Shown one piece after another: positions 52,953 to 64,000 of a stretch of 64,000 bases of DNA; positions within the stretch are counted from its first letter, which is position 1, and each line of letters starts with the position of its first letter. Below the pieces are notes generated by a model, which was not told the origin of the DNA, did no database searches, and worked only from the letters and a program-made list of their open reading frames with translations. The stretch lies in the NCBI GenBank assembly GCA_964106915.2, contig OZ066915.1; one strand, given 5' to 3'. The stretch comes from Podarcis gaigeae (taxonomy: Eukaryota). Position numbers and translations under genes: made by a program.

Positions 52953-53706
52953 GTATGATCCCTTGCCTAATGTCCCATACATTATGTAGTAGTAAAACCC
53001 ACTGATTTGAATGGGACTTACTCCCAAGTGAGTAAAGAACTGCACCCTGATTTATATTGGGGGGTGGACAATATTAGACACTGTGAGCCTCCACATGAAT
53101 CATTACAAAATGGTTCCTGGAAGAGGCTGCTGAATTATCAGAGGGGCTGTGAGATCATGAGTGGCAGGGTGCCTTCACGTAACAACTCTGGTTTCCTGTT
53201 TTTAAAAGCAAAGCGGTACTACATTATACAGTTTAAGGACAGGAAAAATCTCAACAGGACAGCAAGCTGGAGTGAAATTTATAGACAGTATTACAAATTG
53301 CAACTATTTGCAATTTATTTTCATTCTTGTAGTGGGGGAGACTCACACACAGATTCCATCTGTCTGTAGCGATACTTTAAGTGGTTTCCTCTGTTAACTA
53401 TCTTCAGTCACACAAATCATGGCATGACAAGCATTTTATACGCTATGAGTCCATTGTGGAAATTCACCACTATAATTGTGGTTTATGGGCCACAACAGAT
53501 TCTGCCCATCTAAAGCAGTTTTCTTCCTCATTGTCATATCAAGGATGAATTCAAATGCACACGGACAGCCCTAAAGAGGGAAGCTTTGTAAACTGTACAG
53601 TGCCATACAACTCACATGTTCTTCTGTTTGGTATAAACACCGCTCCTTCTCAAGGAAACAGTTCACAGAAAGATTCAGGCAAGTAACAGCGGATTAACAC
53701 AATATA

Positions 53707-53932
53707 CAGTGGTACCTCGGGTTAAGAACTTAATTCGTTCTGGAGGTCTGTTCTTAACCTGAAACTGTTCTTAACCTGAAGCACCACTTTAGCTAATGGG
53801 GCCTCCTGCTGCCGCTGCACCGCCACTGCACAATTTCTGTTCTCATCCTGAAGCAAAGTTTTTAACCTGAGGTAATTTTTCTGGGGTAGGGGAGTCTGTA
53901 ACCTGAAGCATATGTAACCCGAGGTACCACTG
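53707..53932. mobile_element. pogo/Tigger-like MITE
   Basis: Perfect TIR CAGTGGTACCTCGGGTTA with TA TSD. Confidence 0.9.
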
Positions 53933-55398
53933 TACTCGGAGATATACTACCCCTAGATGTGAATTTTAATCTCTTAGTAGCCTGGAAATGTCCTATTTTG
54001 TTCAGTGTTCCAGCCAATATTCCATTGCATTGTCCATCTGTCCGTCCCCCTGCCAGTGCCACAAGAGCACTGGGCACTGGGCACAGGATGGTCCTCAATG
54101 GACCAGGTATATTGGGTACGGGCTTCAGGGGCTTTTTTCTATCTATAGATTTTCTGTACTTCTGCAAACCTTGGGTCAGGAAACCTGATGATACTTCCCC
54201 CTGTTGTCTGTGTGTGATTCCATTTTAGCTACATAAGATTAGCAAATTCACTATTAGTATGTATAGGGTAGTATTAAACCAACTTTGGCTCATTAGATCT
54301 ACTGCAATTAGTGGACATAGCTTAGGCACGATACATTTAAAGCAGTACCATGCCACTTTAAACAGCCATGACTTCACCCAAAGAATCCTGGGACCTGTAG
54401 TCAGTTAAGGGTGAGTTCCAAAACCACTATCCCTTCTTTCTCCAAAAAAACACTAGACTGACTTAGTTAGTCATAATCATGTGAATAAGCTTGTGGACAA
54501 TTTTTTGCTTTTGCCTTTTGCACAGCATTCACTTTGGCTGGGATTCAACAAACTGTCCTGCCATGAGACTCACGCTTCCTCCAAATCCAACCTGGAGAGT
54601 CGCAAGAACCCCCAGAACAGCATGCTGGGGAAGAGGGAATCATTCTGTGTTAGCAAAAGTCCCTATATGTTTTTCATTTGTATCTTTGGGGTGGTATTTG
54701 GGGTTCTTTTGGAGGGCAGCTAGTGTACTTTAATCATATATTACAACTACTCTATCAAAAAAAAAACCTAAAACCTTTTTTGATCATTTTAGCTTCCAAA
54801 CCGCCACCATAAATCTCAACTATTATATCTTCTGCTCAGTGTCTGGCAGGGGCTGAGGGGTAGGAAGAAGCAGGCTTCAGGCTGTTCTCTGGCATGCTAA
54901 CAACACATCATCTCGTCCTCCTGTTTCTGTATTTCGGCAATTAAACATATGTCTCCAAGCTTTAAAGTTTCAAAAGTCATCTGCTTAATATCGACACATT
55001 TGGAACATGAAGACGAGTTGTTTCTATGGAAATATGCACATGTTATCTACACTGCACAAACATGCTCGGCAATCTTTTTTCAAAGAAATAACTGAACATA
55101 CATCAAGAAATTATCTCTTTTTCTACAGCAGTTCACAGTCTACACTGTACATTGATATGTTTTAGAAACAGATCAAGGAAAAAGTACTTTTTGCTATACA
55201 AAGTAATTTTCTGCAATCATTAAAAAGAGGAAATAAGTCATTTATAAATGGAATAGGGTTTAGGAATCCATGTAGTATGATGATACCTACATGGTGGATA
55301 GATGACCAGATTATTGCTGAACCTTCAATAATCATAATAAAAAGAAGGGACTGGTCCACTTGATGTTGATTCTGCGAGTTATGATTCTCTCACGCAGC

Positions 55399-55696
55399 AA
55401 GAAGAAGAAGAAGAAGAAGAAGAAGAAGAAGAAGAAGAAGAGGAGGAGGAGGAGTAGTTTGGATTTGATATCCTGCCTTTCACTCCCTTTAAGGAGTCTC
55501 AAAGCGGCTAACATTCTCCTTTCCCTTCCTCCCCCACAACAAACACTCTGTGAGGTGAGTGGGGCTGAGAGACTTCAGAGAAGTGTGACTGGCCCAAGGT
55601 CACCCAGCAGCTGCATGTGGAGGAGCGGAGACGCGAACCCGGTTCCCCAGATTACGAGACTACCGCTCTTAACCACTAACACCACACTGGCTCTCC
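55399..55696 (-). mobile_element. Full-length Squam3-like SINE with (CTT)n tail
   Basis: Nearly identical to 9383-9686. Confidence 0.9.
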
Positions 55697-57107
55697 ACAT
55701 AGTTCAAGAAAATGAACTATGGTCTGGCCTGCCATGTTGTGTGAACATGCGCTCATGGTTTGCTTCTCTCCAAACAAACCATCAGCCTAAACCAAGGTTT
55801 GTTCTTGGCGTGTAAGCTCATGGTTTGTTTGGGGAAGACAAACTACAAGCCCCAGTTGGGACAACATGGCTTGTTTCCTGACTGCATGGCAGGAGTGGGC
55901 GAGGAGGAAAGCAAGTTTATTTTAACTGTGATGTACTGTGGCATACAACCCAGGCTGTTGTTAATATTTTAGGAATTTCCATTAAGCAACCTGAACTTGC
56001 AGGTATTTGGATATTGAATAGTGGTGTGTGTTCTGCCTTTGTAGGCACCCTTTAATTCTTGTCTCACATTTATTCATATGATTGCATTGATTAGCAGTAT
56101 TATCATCATTAGGTTTGTAGATGTGCTTCCAAAATCATCTAGTGCTTAGGTTGCACGTTGTATATTAAAAGAAAAGACAGTACTTTATGGAAGGTCCAGG
56201 TGGAGAGGCTATAAGGCAGCACATACTTTAGTATTGTAGCACATTTCTGGAATTCAGGGTGCTGCTGGTTGCCAAGGACAGCAGAAATATTTTCTCAAAA
56301 CTGTCAACACCATGAGTAAAAGGAAGAAAAACAATTCAAGCTTATCTGGTTTTGGAAAGTGATTTAATTAGTGTCTGTGTGTTGTGCAAAAGGACTTCAT
56401 GGGATAATCATCAACTAGATGTGTTGAATCTTAGTGTTTGTTACTCTGCATTTCACATTTATCATCTATGGAATTAAGAAATTTTTTGCAGTAAAGTAGA
56501 GCTTGAAATTTCTGACCTTGCTTTCTATGAGCTGAACATTTTATGTAAGTAAAGGGGCAGGATGAAAGAAAGGTACTGCAAAGTTGCAAATGGTAGACTC
56601 TAACCCACCATTTGGCCCTGAGTGAAACATGGCACCCACCAGTTTTAAGGACACTCAGGTCAGGCAGAAGCATCTGGGAAAGAAAGAACAGGCCTGTAGC
56701 CAGAAAGCTTGTGGTGAGGAAACCTACCCACACACCAAGGGTCGGATAGAGGACATAATAAGTCATATTGAAACGGTACAAACCTCAATATAAATCCAAT
56801 GTAGTTCAAAGTTATTCAGTTTATAGGCCTTAGATTCTGACAGGCCTACATACTTGATACTGAAGTCATAACCAAGAGGTCCTGAATCCTGCCTGCACAG
56901 TTCTCTTTCTGTCTTTAAGGAAAAGGGTGAAAAAGAGACTTATTCCACCCCAAACAAAAGCTGAAATTGTGGGGCCACTAACCCAGAGCTCCTATGACCT
57001 TGCCTCACCCCACCCCTGCCCCAACAGTGGGACAGTGCTGTTTCTGTGGGGAGGACATGGCTCGTGAACAATCGTGGGCTCTCTGCAGTCAAAAGCAGCC
57101 ACCATGG

Positions 57108-57596
57108 AAATCCAGAATGTGGCAGCTAGACTGGTGACTGGGAGTGGCTGCCGAGACCATATATCACCGGTCCTGAAATAACTACATTGACTCCCAGTAC
57201 GTTTCGGAGCACAATTCAAAGTGTTGGTGCTGACCTTTAAAGCCCCAAATGGCCTCAGCCCAGTGTACCTGAAGGAGCATCTCCACCCCCATTGTTCAGC
57301 CCAGACACTGAGGTCCAGCTCCAAGGGCCTTCTGGCAGTTCCCTCCCTGCGAGAAGTGAGGTTACAGGGAACCAGGCCTTCTCGGTAGCGGCGCCCACCC
57401 TGTAGAATGCCCTCTCATCAGATGTCAAGGAAATAAAAAACTATCTGACTTTTAGAAGACATCTGAAGGGACCCCTGTTTAGGGAAATTTTTAATGTTTG
57501 ATGTTTTATATGTTTTAAATATGTTGGGAACCACCCAGAGTGGCTAGGGTAACCCAGTCAAATGGGCGGGGTATAAATAATAAATTATTATTATTG
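57108..57596 (+). mobile_element. L2 LINE 3' end
   Basis: Degenerate frame QNVAARLVTG..CRDHISPVLK*LH*LPVRF.AQFKVLVLTFKA.NGL.PVYLKEHL; TAAA/ATT tail. Confidence 0.9.
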
Positions 57597-60155
57597 CTTT
57601 TTGAAGATGGGACAACATTTGTCCATCTCCAATCCACAGTAGGTGTGGGAGAAGAACAAAGCACATGCAGTGTGGACCAGCATGCTGCTTGTTCACATTA
57701 AACCACAGCTGCAATTACTAATGACCCCAAATATTTCACGTTCCTCATGTTCAATTAGACATGTTTACATTTTTCTCAATCTCTCTCATCCTTCTTCCAA
57801 GTCAATTCATCTCCTACCAACCCATGAACACGCCGTGTTTCGACTGCACAAATGCACAGCTTTCTGCTTCACAGAACCACAGCCCATTCTTTTCCAGTTA
57901 AAGAAATATTTCCAACTAATAAAGAGGGAACTCTTGCTTAGCAGCTAAGATCTTGCTTGATCTTCTCAAAGAAACTGAACTCATAACGCAGTAGATAGGA
58001 TAAGTATGTCGTTTGTTTTTTTACAGGTAAACCATGTTCTTAACCTAAGCACCATTGTCAAGGTGTTAATCAGTCTCACATCCTATGAAGTGGCACAGCT
58101 GTCAGGGCGGTGAACATGGATAGGCAATTACTGGCATGGTTATAAACATCTGGATAAAAAGTTTTAGAATCTGGGGGGGAGTTCCATCACACAAAAACAA
58201 ATGGTGAGTCTATGGCACTATGGTCTCCATAAGAATATGTCCTACTTTCTACACACCAGCACACACACCCCTTGCAGAAGTGCAAACAGACTTAATAGGT
58301 TTGTACATATACTGTAAGGTTAAGACTGAGACATCGGCTACCAATATGATATAAGAAGAGACGAATTGTCCCTATATATGTATGACTCAAAGGAATGTGC
58401 AGGGAGTTGAATCTCCTCCAGCAAATATGCATTTTCAGCTTATTGTGCCAAGCAAAAGCTAATCGCTCTATGTACCAAGCAAGCCCATGAACGGATATGG
58501 AGTTTGTTTTTAAGTTTAGTTAATTTGGGGTTTATATAAATGGATGTGGTCTGGCCCCTTGCCTAGAAGGGGCAGCACTAAAGTGAAGCAGACAGCTATG
58601 TGACAAGATGTTCAATAAGGTGCTTGAGCACTGAACTCAATCATCTCCCTCCACTACCAAGACAGAACTGCAAGGTCACCTTCCACTAATTAGAAGTAGC
58701 CACAAGTAATACTGTGCCGTTCAGCTGAGCAGCATCTAAATGCAATTCTAAACCACTACGTCCCGAGCTCAATAACATCGAACCATTCTTCATAATGATG
58801 CCTAGCTTCAGTTTGTAGCACAATTCCCCCCCCCCCGGAGGGGTGTAGGAAAGGATCAGGCCCACAGTCTGGGGTGTGTTGTTCAATCCACCCTTGCAGA
58901 TGGATGCACAGGGGTATTGTGGCTTGAAGCACCTTTCACCAGTGTTGGTTGGTGCGCCAGCTTCATTGCTTCCTGGAAAACCGCCACTTACTTATGCCCT
59001 GACACTACAAACAGGGGACTGCCTATGAAGATTGTTGAAGTTTTTTCGCAGGTCCAGAGGCTAACTGAGCCATATCCACACTATACATTTAAAGCACTAT
59101 AATACCACTTGAGCGATCATGGTGTCTTCTAACAAATCCTGGGAACTGTCATTTGTAAAGATGCTGAGAGTTGTTGGAAGACCGCTGTTCCCCTTACAGA
59201 ACTACAGTTCCCAGAATTCCCCAGGAGAGGGATTGTTAAAACACTCTGGGATTAGTGGAACAGATATCTCGCTAATGCTTCATTGGCTACCAGCTTGTTT
59301 CTAGGCACAATTCAAAACGCTGGGGTTGACTTGTGGTCTAGAACCAAAGTGTCTAAAAGATTGTACTAAGCGTGCCAAGCAACGTATACAGATAGTCAGT
59401 GAAGGCCCTGCTCCAGGTGCCCCTATCTTCTGAGGTGAGATGGGTGGTGGTTCCACTATTGATCTACCATAATCTAACCTGGTAGAGTGTGCCACAAGAG
59501 TTAACCGAATAGAAATATATGCAGAGCCAATCATTGTAGCATATTACCTCATTCACAGACTACGCGTCAACTCACAAAATATATAACATGCATCTAAGCT
59601 GGAGGGGGGTGACTCATTTTACAGATGGAGTACACTACAAAACTAAGATGAGTTGCAAGAAATGAGTCAAAACATTCAGAGCAGCTGATCAGTCAAGAGA
59701 TGGCAACCAAGAAGCTACAAACTATAGGTCAACTTCACATATATGCATTTGGTCAAGGAATTAAGCATGTAAATACAGAGGCAGGCTTTCTGAATCTGCC
59801 CAAACTTTTTATTTCATTGCCTGAATATTTCATTGGGGCCTCACTTACTAACCCCCTGCTCTTAGAGAAACACTAGCACTCAGCTTCAATATTCCTGTAA
59901 CAGCAAGGCGGCCAAGAGCAATTTAAAATGCAAACAAGTGATTTATTAGAGTAATAATGAGGAGGATCCATACAAACCAGGAGGGCAAAAGTTAATGCTT
60001 TTTAAACTGTCTGAAATGATCCCTCATCTGATATTGTCAGCTGTGCAAAGTACTGGCCTCCCCTACCAGTTTGGCCTCCAAGCCTTGATGACTTTGCAGA
60101 AAAGAACAATACCACAATCCTACTCAGGGTCAAAGTTTCAAGCTTCCTTCAATTC

Positions 60156-60309
60156 CATAGCTGTCAACTTTCGGATTTGAAAATAAGGGATCAGCAGCCT
60201 CACCTGCCCTGGGGACAGTCTACGGGATGTCTAACAATCCGGGATAGCAGCAGGAAACGGCGCTGGAATAAGGGAATTTCCCACAAAAAAGGGAAGGTGG
60301 ACAGCTATG
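60156..60309. mobile_element. 154-bp TIR element with a 9-bp flanking duplication
   Basis: TIRs CATAGCTGTCAAC / GTGGACAGCTATG; CTTCAATTC at 60147-60155 and 60310-60318. Confidence 0.8.
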
Positions 60310-61711
60310 CTTCAATTCAGGCTTTTACAGCTTTAACTGGAGAGTCCAAAGAGCAGCACACTTCCAGGAGCCAAAGTCTTCTACAGTCTAGGCTCTTGAA
60401 CCTCCATTTGCTTCTCTCTAACTCTCCTATCCCAAAGGCACAACTCCTGTGAAATGGGAAACATCTCAGCAATTCAGGCTGAAGAGAAAGAACTCCTGAC
60501 TCACACTTCTGCTCTATTCCGCTTCCATCCTTTAGAAATAATAGCTACAATAGAAAATGCTCGCACAAAGTGATTTTTTTAAGAAACGTTTTTCCCCCTC
60601 CAACAACAAAAGTATGGTTTTCAAAAGAATCTCAGAGAAGAAGAAATCCAGAGACAGAGAACAGAAGAAGCTTGTTCTGCCCAGTCATCGCCAAGAAGGG
60701 CAGACCTTTCCAAACTGAGCGTTCTCTGCTTCCTGAGTTTCCACCCTCTGTTTAGGCAACCTAGGAGAGCAGGAATTGCCTCAGCCAAAGCGCTTTTAGA
60801 CCAGCTGCTGCTGTGTTAAGACTACCACTATTATTAATAATGATATATGAATTGGGCTGCGTATCTTTTGAGTAAAATAAAATTAATCTAAACTGAAATT
60901 TTATTTCTTAAATGTTTCTGTTGTTTATTGAAATAAAAGGTTAAATACAGAGATCGAACACAATACGGACTAAATAGGCTGGGGCCCTCAGGTCCCCTTG
61001 GTGTCTACTTCTGGGCTAGAACAAAACCCTCCACCCCGTTTTCACTCATCCAAATTCCAGAACGGTGCACCCCATAGGGGTCTACAACTCTAACCACTGG
61101 TTGTGCTTGCTGGGGCTGATGGGAGTTGTAGTGCAAAAAAAAAAAAAAAAAAGATTTGGAGGGTCTCAGGTTGACTATCACTGGTCTATAGCCTTTATTC
61201 CCCACTCCTTTACCATCAGAATTTGTATGGTTTTAGAGAAATGAATAGTGAAGCCCATTCCATGAATTCCCAATGTCCATAAATTCAATCCCATTCCTCT
61301 CTAGTTGGCATGGTTAGCATGCATGGGCAAACCACTGTAAAGTGTGCCATGCCCATGCCCAATCCTTTTCCCTTAATAGCCTTCTTGACCATCCCAATAG
61401 ATAGCTGCATTTCCTAACTGACCATATTAAACGTGCAAGAGAATCAAGAGTTGACACTTTACCTGTATTGTAAACATACCCCGTTGCAGTTGGGAGATTG
61501 ACTTTGATGAGCATCAAACAAAAAGAGCAAAAAATAAAAATACAAAAGACTATTACGCATTTTTTTCTTACTATGTAGAAAACTAGCATGTTCAGCCTAG
61601 TCATTCCAATGTACAGCTTTTGTACAAAGGAAGGTTAGTGTGTTTGTTTTCTATAGGAAGGATTCAAGTGTGCAGCCTCCCCCACAATCTGAAATGCCTT
61701 ACCACTTGGTT

Positions 61712-61848
61712 TCTTAGAATCCTCGAATTGTAGAGTTGGAAGGGTCCCTGAGGATCATCTACCTCAACCCCCTGCAATGCAGCTGTCCCATACAGGGATC
61801 AAACCCTGGCATTATCAGTTGGCTTTAACCAGCTGAGCTATCCCAGCT
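61712..61848 (-). mobile_element. Degenerate tRNA-headed SINE with CR1-like tail
   Basis: TAGAGTTGGAAGGGTCCCTGAGGATCATCTA (reverse CR1-type tail)...CTGAGCTATCC (reverse A box). Confidence 0.55.
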
Positions 61849-63682
61849 GTACATCACATTTCAAGAGTGTGCATCTTCTATACCTGATGGGTTTTTAATT
61901 TAAAAAAAAACCCAAAACAATTAAAGCCTCAAATACAAAAATTAACTCTGTGGTTATATTGCAAGGTGTTTTTTTTTTGTTTTTTTTTTGCTGAAACTAT
62001 CACTGACTCTCAGTATTTATATAGTGAGAGTCTTCTACATTACTTCCCAAAGCATTTTGTTTTACCAGACCTCACCTACTACAAGGCATAAACAAGATAT
62101 AAATTTCAGGGTCAGGCAAAACCCCAAACATTTCCAAATATAAGAAGAAGTGCAGATTCTGTTTCATGCAATAATTGTGTTGGTCATTTGTCCTGCCAAC
62201 AAATAGAATCAGGGTTGCTTATCATGGAAAACTTTGATTTTGCCAGAAGCCCATTTCTCTCAGTAAATTAATCTATCAAAATATTTCCAAACAGACTAAG
62301 CACACATGATTATAAAAAAAAGTTTTTCAGGGTAAAGTATGGTCTTAACTACATTGCACATTCAGAGTTAAAGTATTTAAACAGCCTTACAGACTGTGTT
62401 CTGGCCCCATGAAGTCTGTGCAAAAACAGACCATGCATTTTAAAATCACCGAAAATACCAACGGAGGTGCAAAACATGTAATTTAGGAATATGCAGTTTG
62501 CAGCTGGAGCTGCACTGTTTCCCATTTGAGGCAAGGACAGCAAGGGATTCTGAGAATTCCATCTCTCTCCTCGATCCACCAAATATGGTGCCTGGTACTA
62601 CTGTTTCTTTACTCTCCACTGATACAGACTGCCTATGCATGCATTTCCTGTGAACCATTTGCCCCTGAGATTGGTTCAACAGCATCCACATACACCAGAT
62701 TCTCAGGACTGCTTCCTCCATTATATGATAATGTGCTTTCGGGATATACAGTGCATGCCACATTGAGAATATGATAGTGTTTGAAAGGGAAAGGCATTTC
62801 TATAAACACATGGGGAAAATGCTGGGAGCCATGATATGCATGGAGACATCTGCTTAATATGGTGTAAAAGTAGCCATCAATGAGTGTGAATTGGAGGAGC
62901 TGACATGTTACGCAATGTTAAAGGCAATTCAATAGAAGAGTTCAAAAATTGCAAAGAAGGACAGCTTCATAAATTATTTTTCCCTGCTTGCATAGTAAAG
63001 ATACCAGTCTTGCAGAGCTGGCCCAGGCTGACCATTAGGACATAAACTTGATGCAGGTGCTCATGCCTACAGAAACAATCAAACCCAATGTGTTCCCCAA
63101 ATTCACAGTTACCATTTTGAACTGACTTAGTCTATAGCCATTGCTACAGTCTGCAAATGAGAAGATATTGCCCATTCTGTGCTTCTGAAATAAAATGCTA
63201 CTTGAATGTATGCTTTTCAAACAGATATTGCGAAGTCCAACAAATTAATCACTGTGTTGCTGTAGAATATTTTGCGAAGTATCTAAATCCACATTTTGCC
63301 CCATCCTAATTAAGATGTGCAGCATTTTAAAGATGTTTTAGGCTTCTCACTTTACATAAGCAGCCACATTTCCATAAAGCTTTAATCATGTGTGTGAGAG
63401 AGTGAGTTGCATAGGAAAATATGGAAGGAATTCAACGAAGTGCCATGTTGAACATTCTGTCCCCGCAAACATTTACATTTGCCAGATGGAACAATCCCCC
63501 TGACTGCCCCTTCTCAGCTCATTGGGGCTGCCAGAGGGTGGGAAAGGGGGAAAGCCCTGTTGCATAAATGGAAGTCCTTGATCAGAGCTTCCAATGAGAA
63601 AGAACATTCTGAGGGTATCAAGGCTTCACGCTGTCAAACATTATTCTTAAATAAATGGACATTCATAAATTAAGCACCCACA

Positions 63683-63850
63683 TGATGTAGCAGCCAGAAT
63701 CTCAGACTATGACCTGGGTTCAAATCTCCAGTCTGCCTTGAAGAGCCAGTCTGCCTTGAGCCAGGTATCATCTGTAGTTAAGGATTAAAGGGTAGCAGGA
63801 AGAACCATGTATGCTGCCTTGAGCTCGTTGGATGAACAGGTGGGTAAAAA
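63683..63850 (+). mobile_element. Degenerate MIR/CORE-type SINE
   Basis: GACCTGGGTTCAAATCTCC B box...ATGTATGCTGCCTTGAGCTC. Confidence 0.5.
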
Positions 63851-64000
63851 TGTTATACCTAGTCTTTTTAAATTATAATACCAAGTATCTACAACAAAAA
63901 TAATGGTCTTTTTCACAAGTAAGAGTGAAGGGTTTGGGGGGGGGGGCTGAAATAAATTTACCAGAGATTTCAGCCACATCTTAATAGATCTGGAAGGAAA

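Noticed and set aside
52870-52955. HDV-like ribozyme at the 5' end of the RTE-related element
   Set aside because: One helix is visible, but I could not build the nested double pseudoknot or the catalytic junction
55360-55815. 151-aa ORF with a poly-Lys/Arg run
   Set aside because: Translation of the (GAA)n tail and antisense body of a SINE

Overview
This is vertebrate, almost certainly squamate reptile (probably lizard), genomic DNA. The assignment rests on a Sauria SINE with an (ACCTTT)n tail, BovB LINE 3' ends with (CAA)n tails, tRNA/CORE-type SINEs with (CTT)n tails (Squam3-like), and CR1, L2 and RTE remnants. I found no complete protein-coding gene, RNA gene or CRISPR array. Every ORF with a recognisable protein is a LINE fragment (BovB reverse transcriptase, CR1 endonuclease, RTE C-terminal zinc finger, L2). 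The window reads as intronic or intergenic DNA dense in non-autonomous DNA transposons (hAT with 8-bp TSDs, pogo/Tigger-like with TA TSDs). Between these lie repeat-free, homeodomain-motif-rich blocks and a few minus-strand exon candidates of an unidentified gene. The most notable structures are: (i) a 1.5-kb composite BovB insertion, bounded by one TSD, that carries captured non-BovB DNA and has a fold-back hairpin at the junction; (ii) two different hAT MITEs stacked in tandem at one 8-bp target, giving three TSD copies; (iii) a three-level nest of RTE LINE, solo LTR and SINE; (iv) three minus-strand exon candidates that all end in ATG|GT. I did not find convincing evidence of a new biological system. 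Family names come from recognising sequence by eye, not from database searches.
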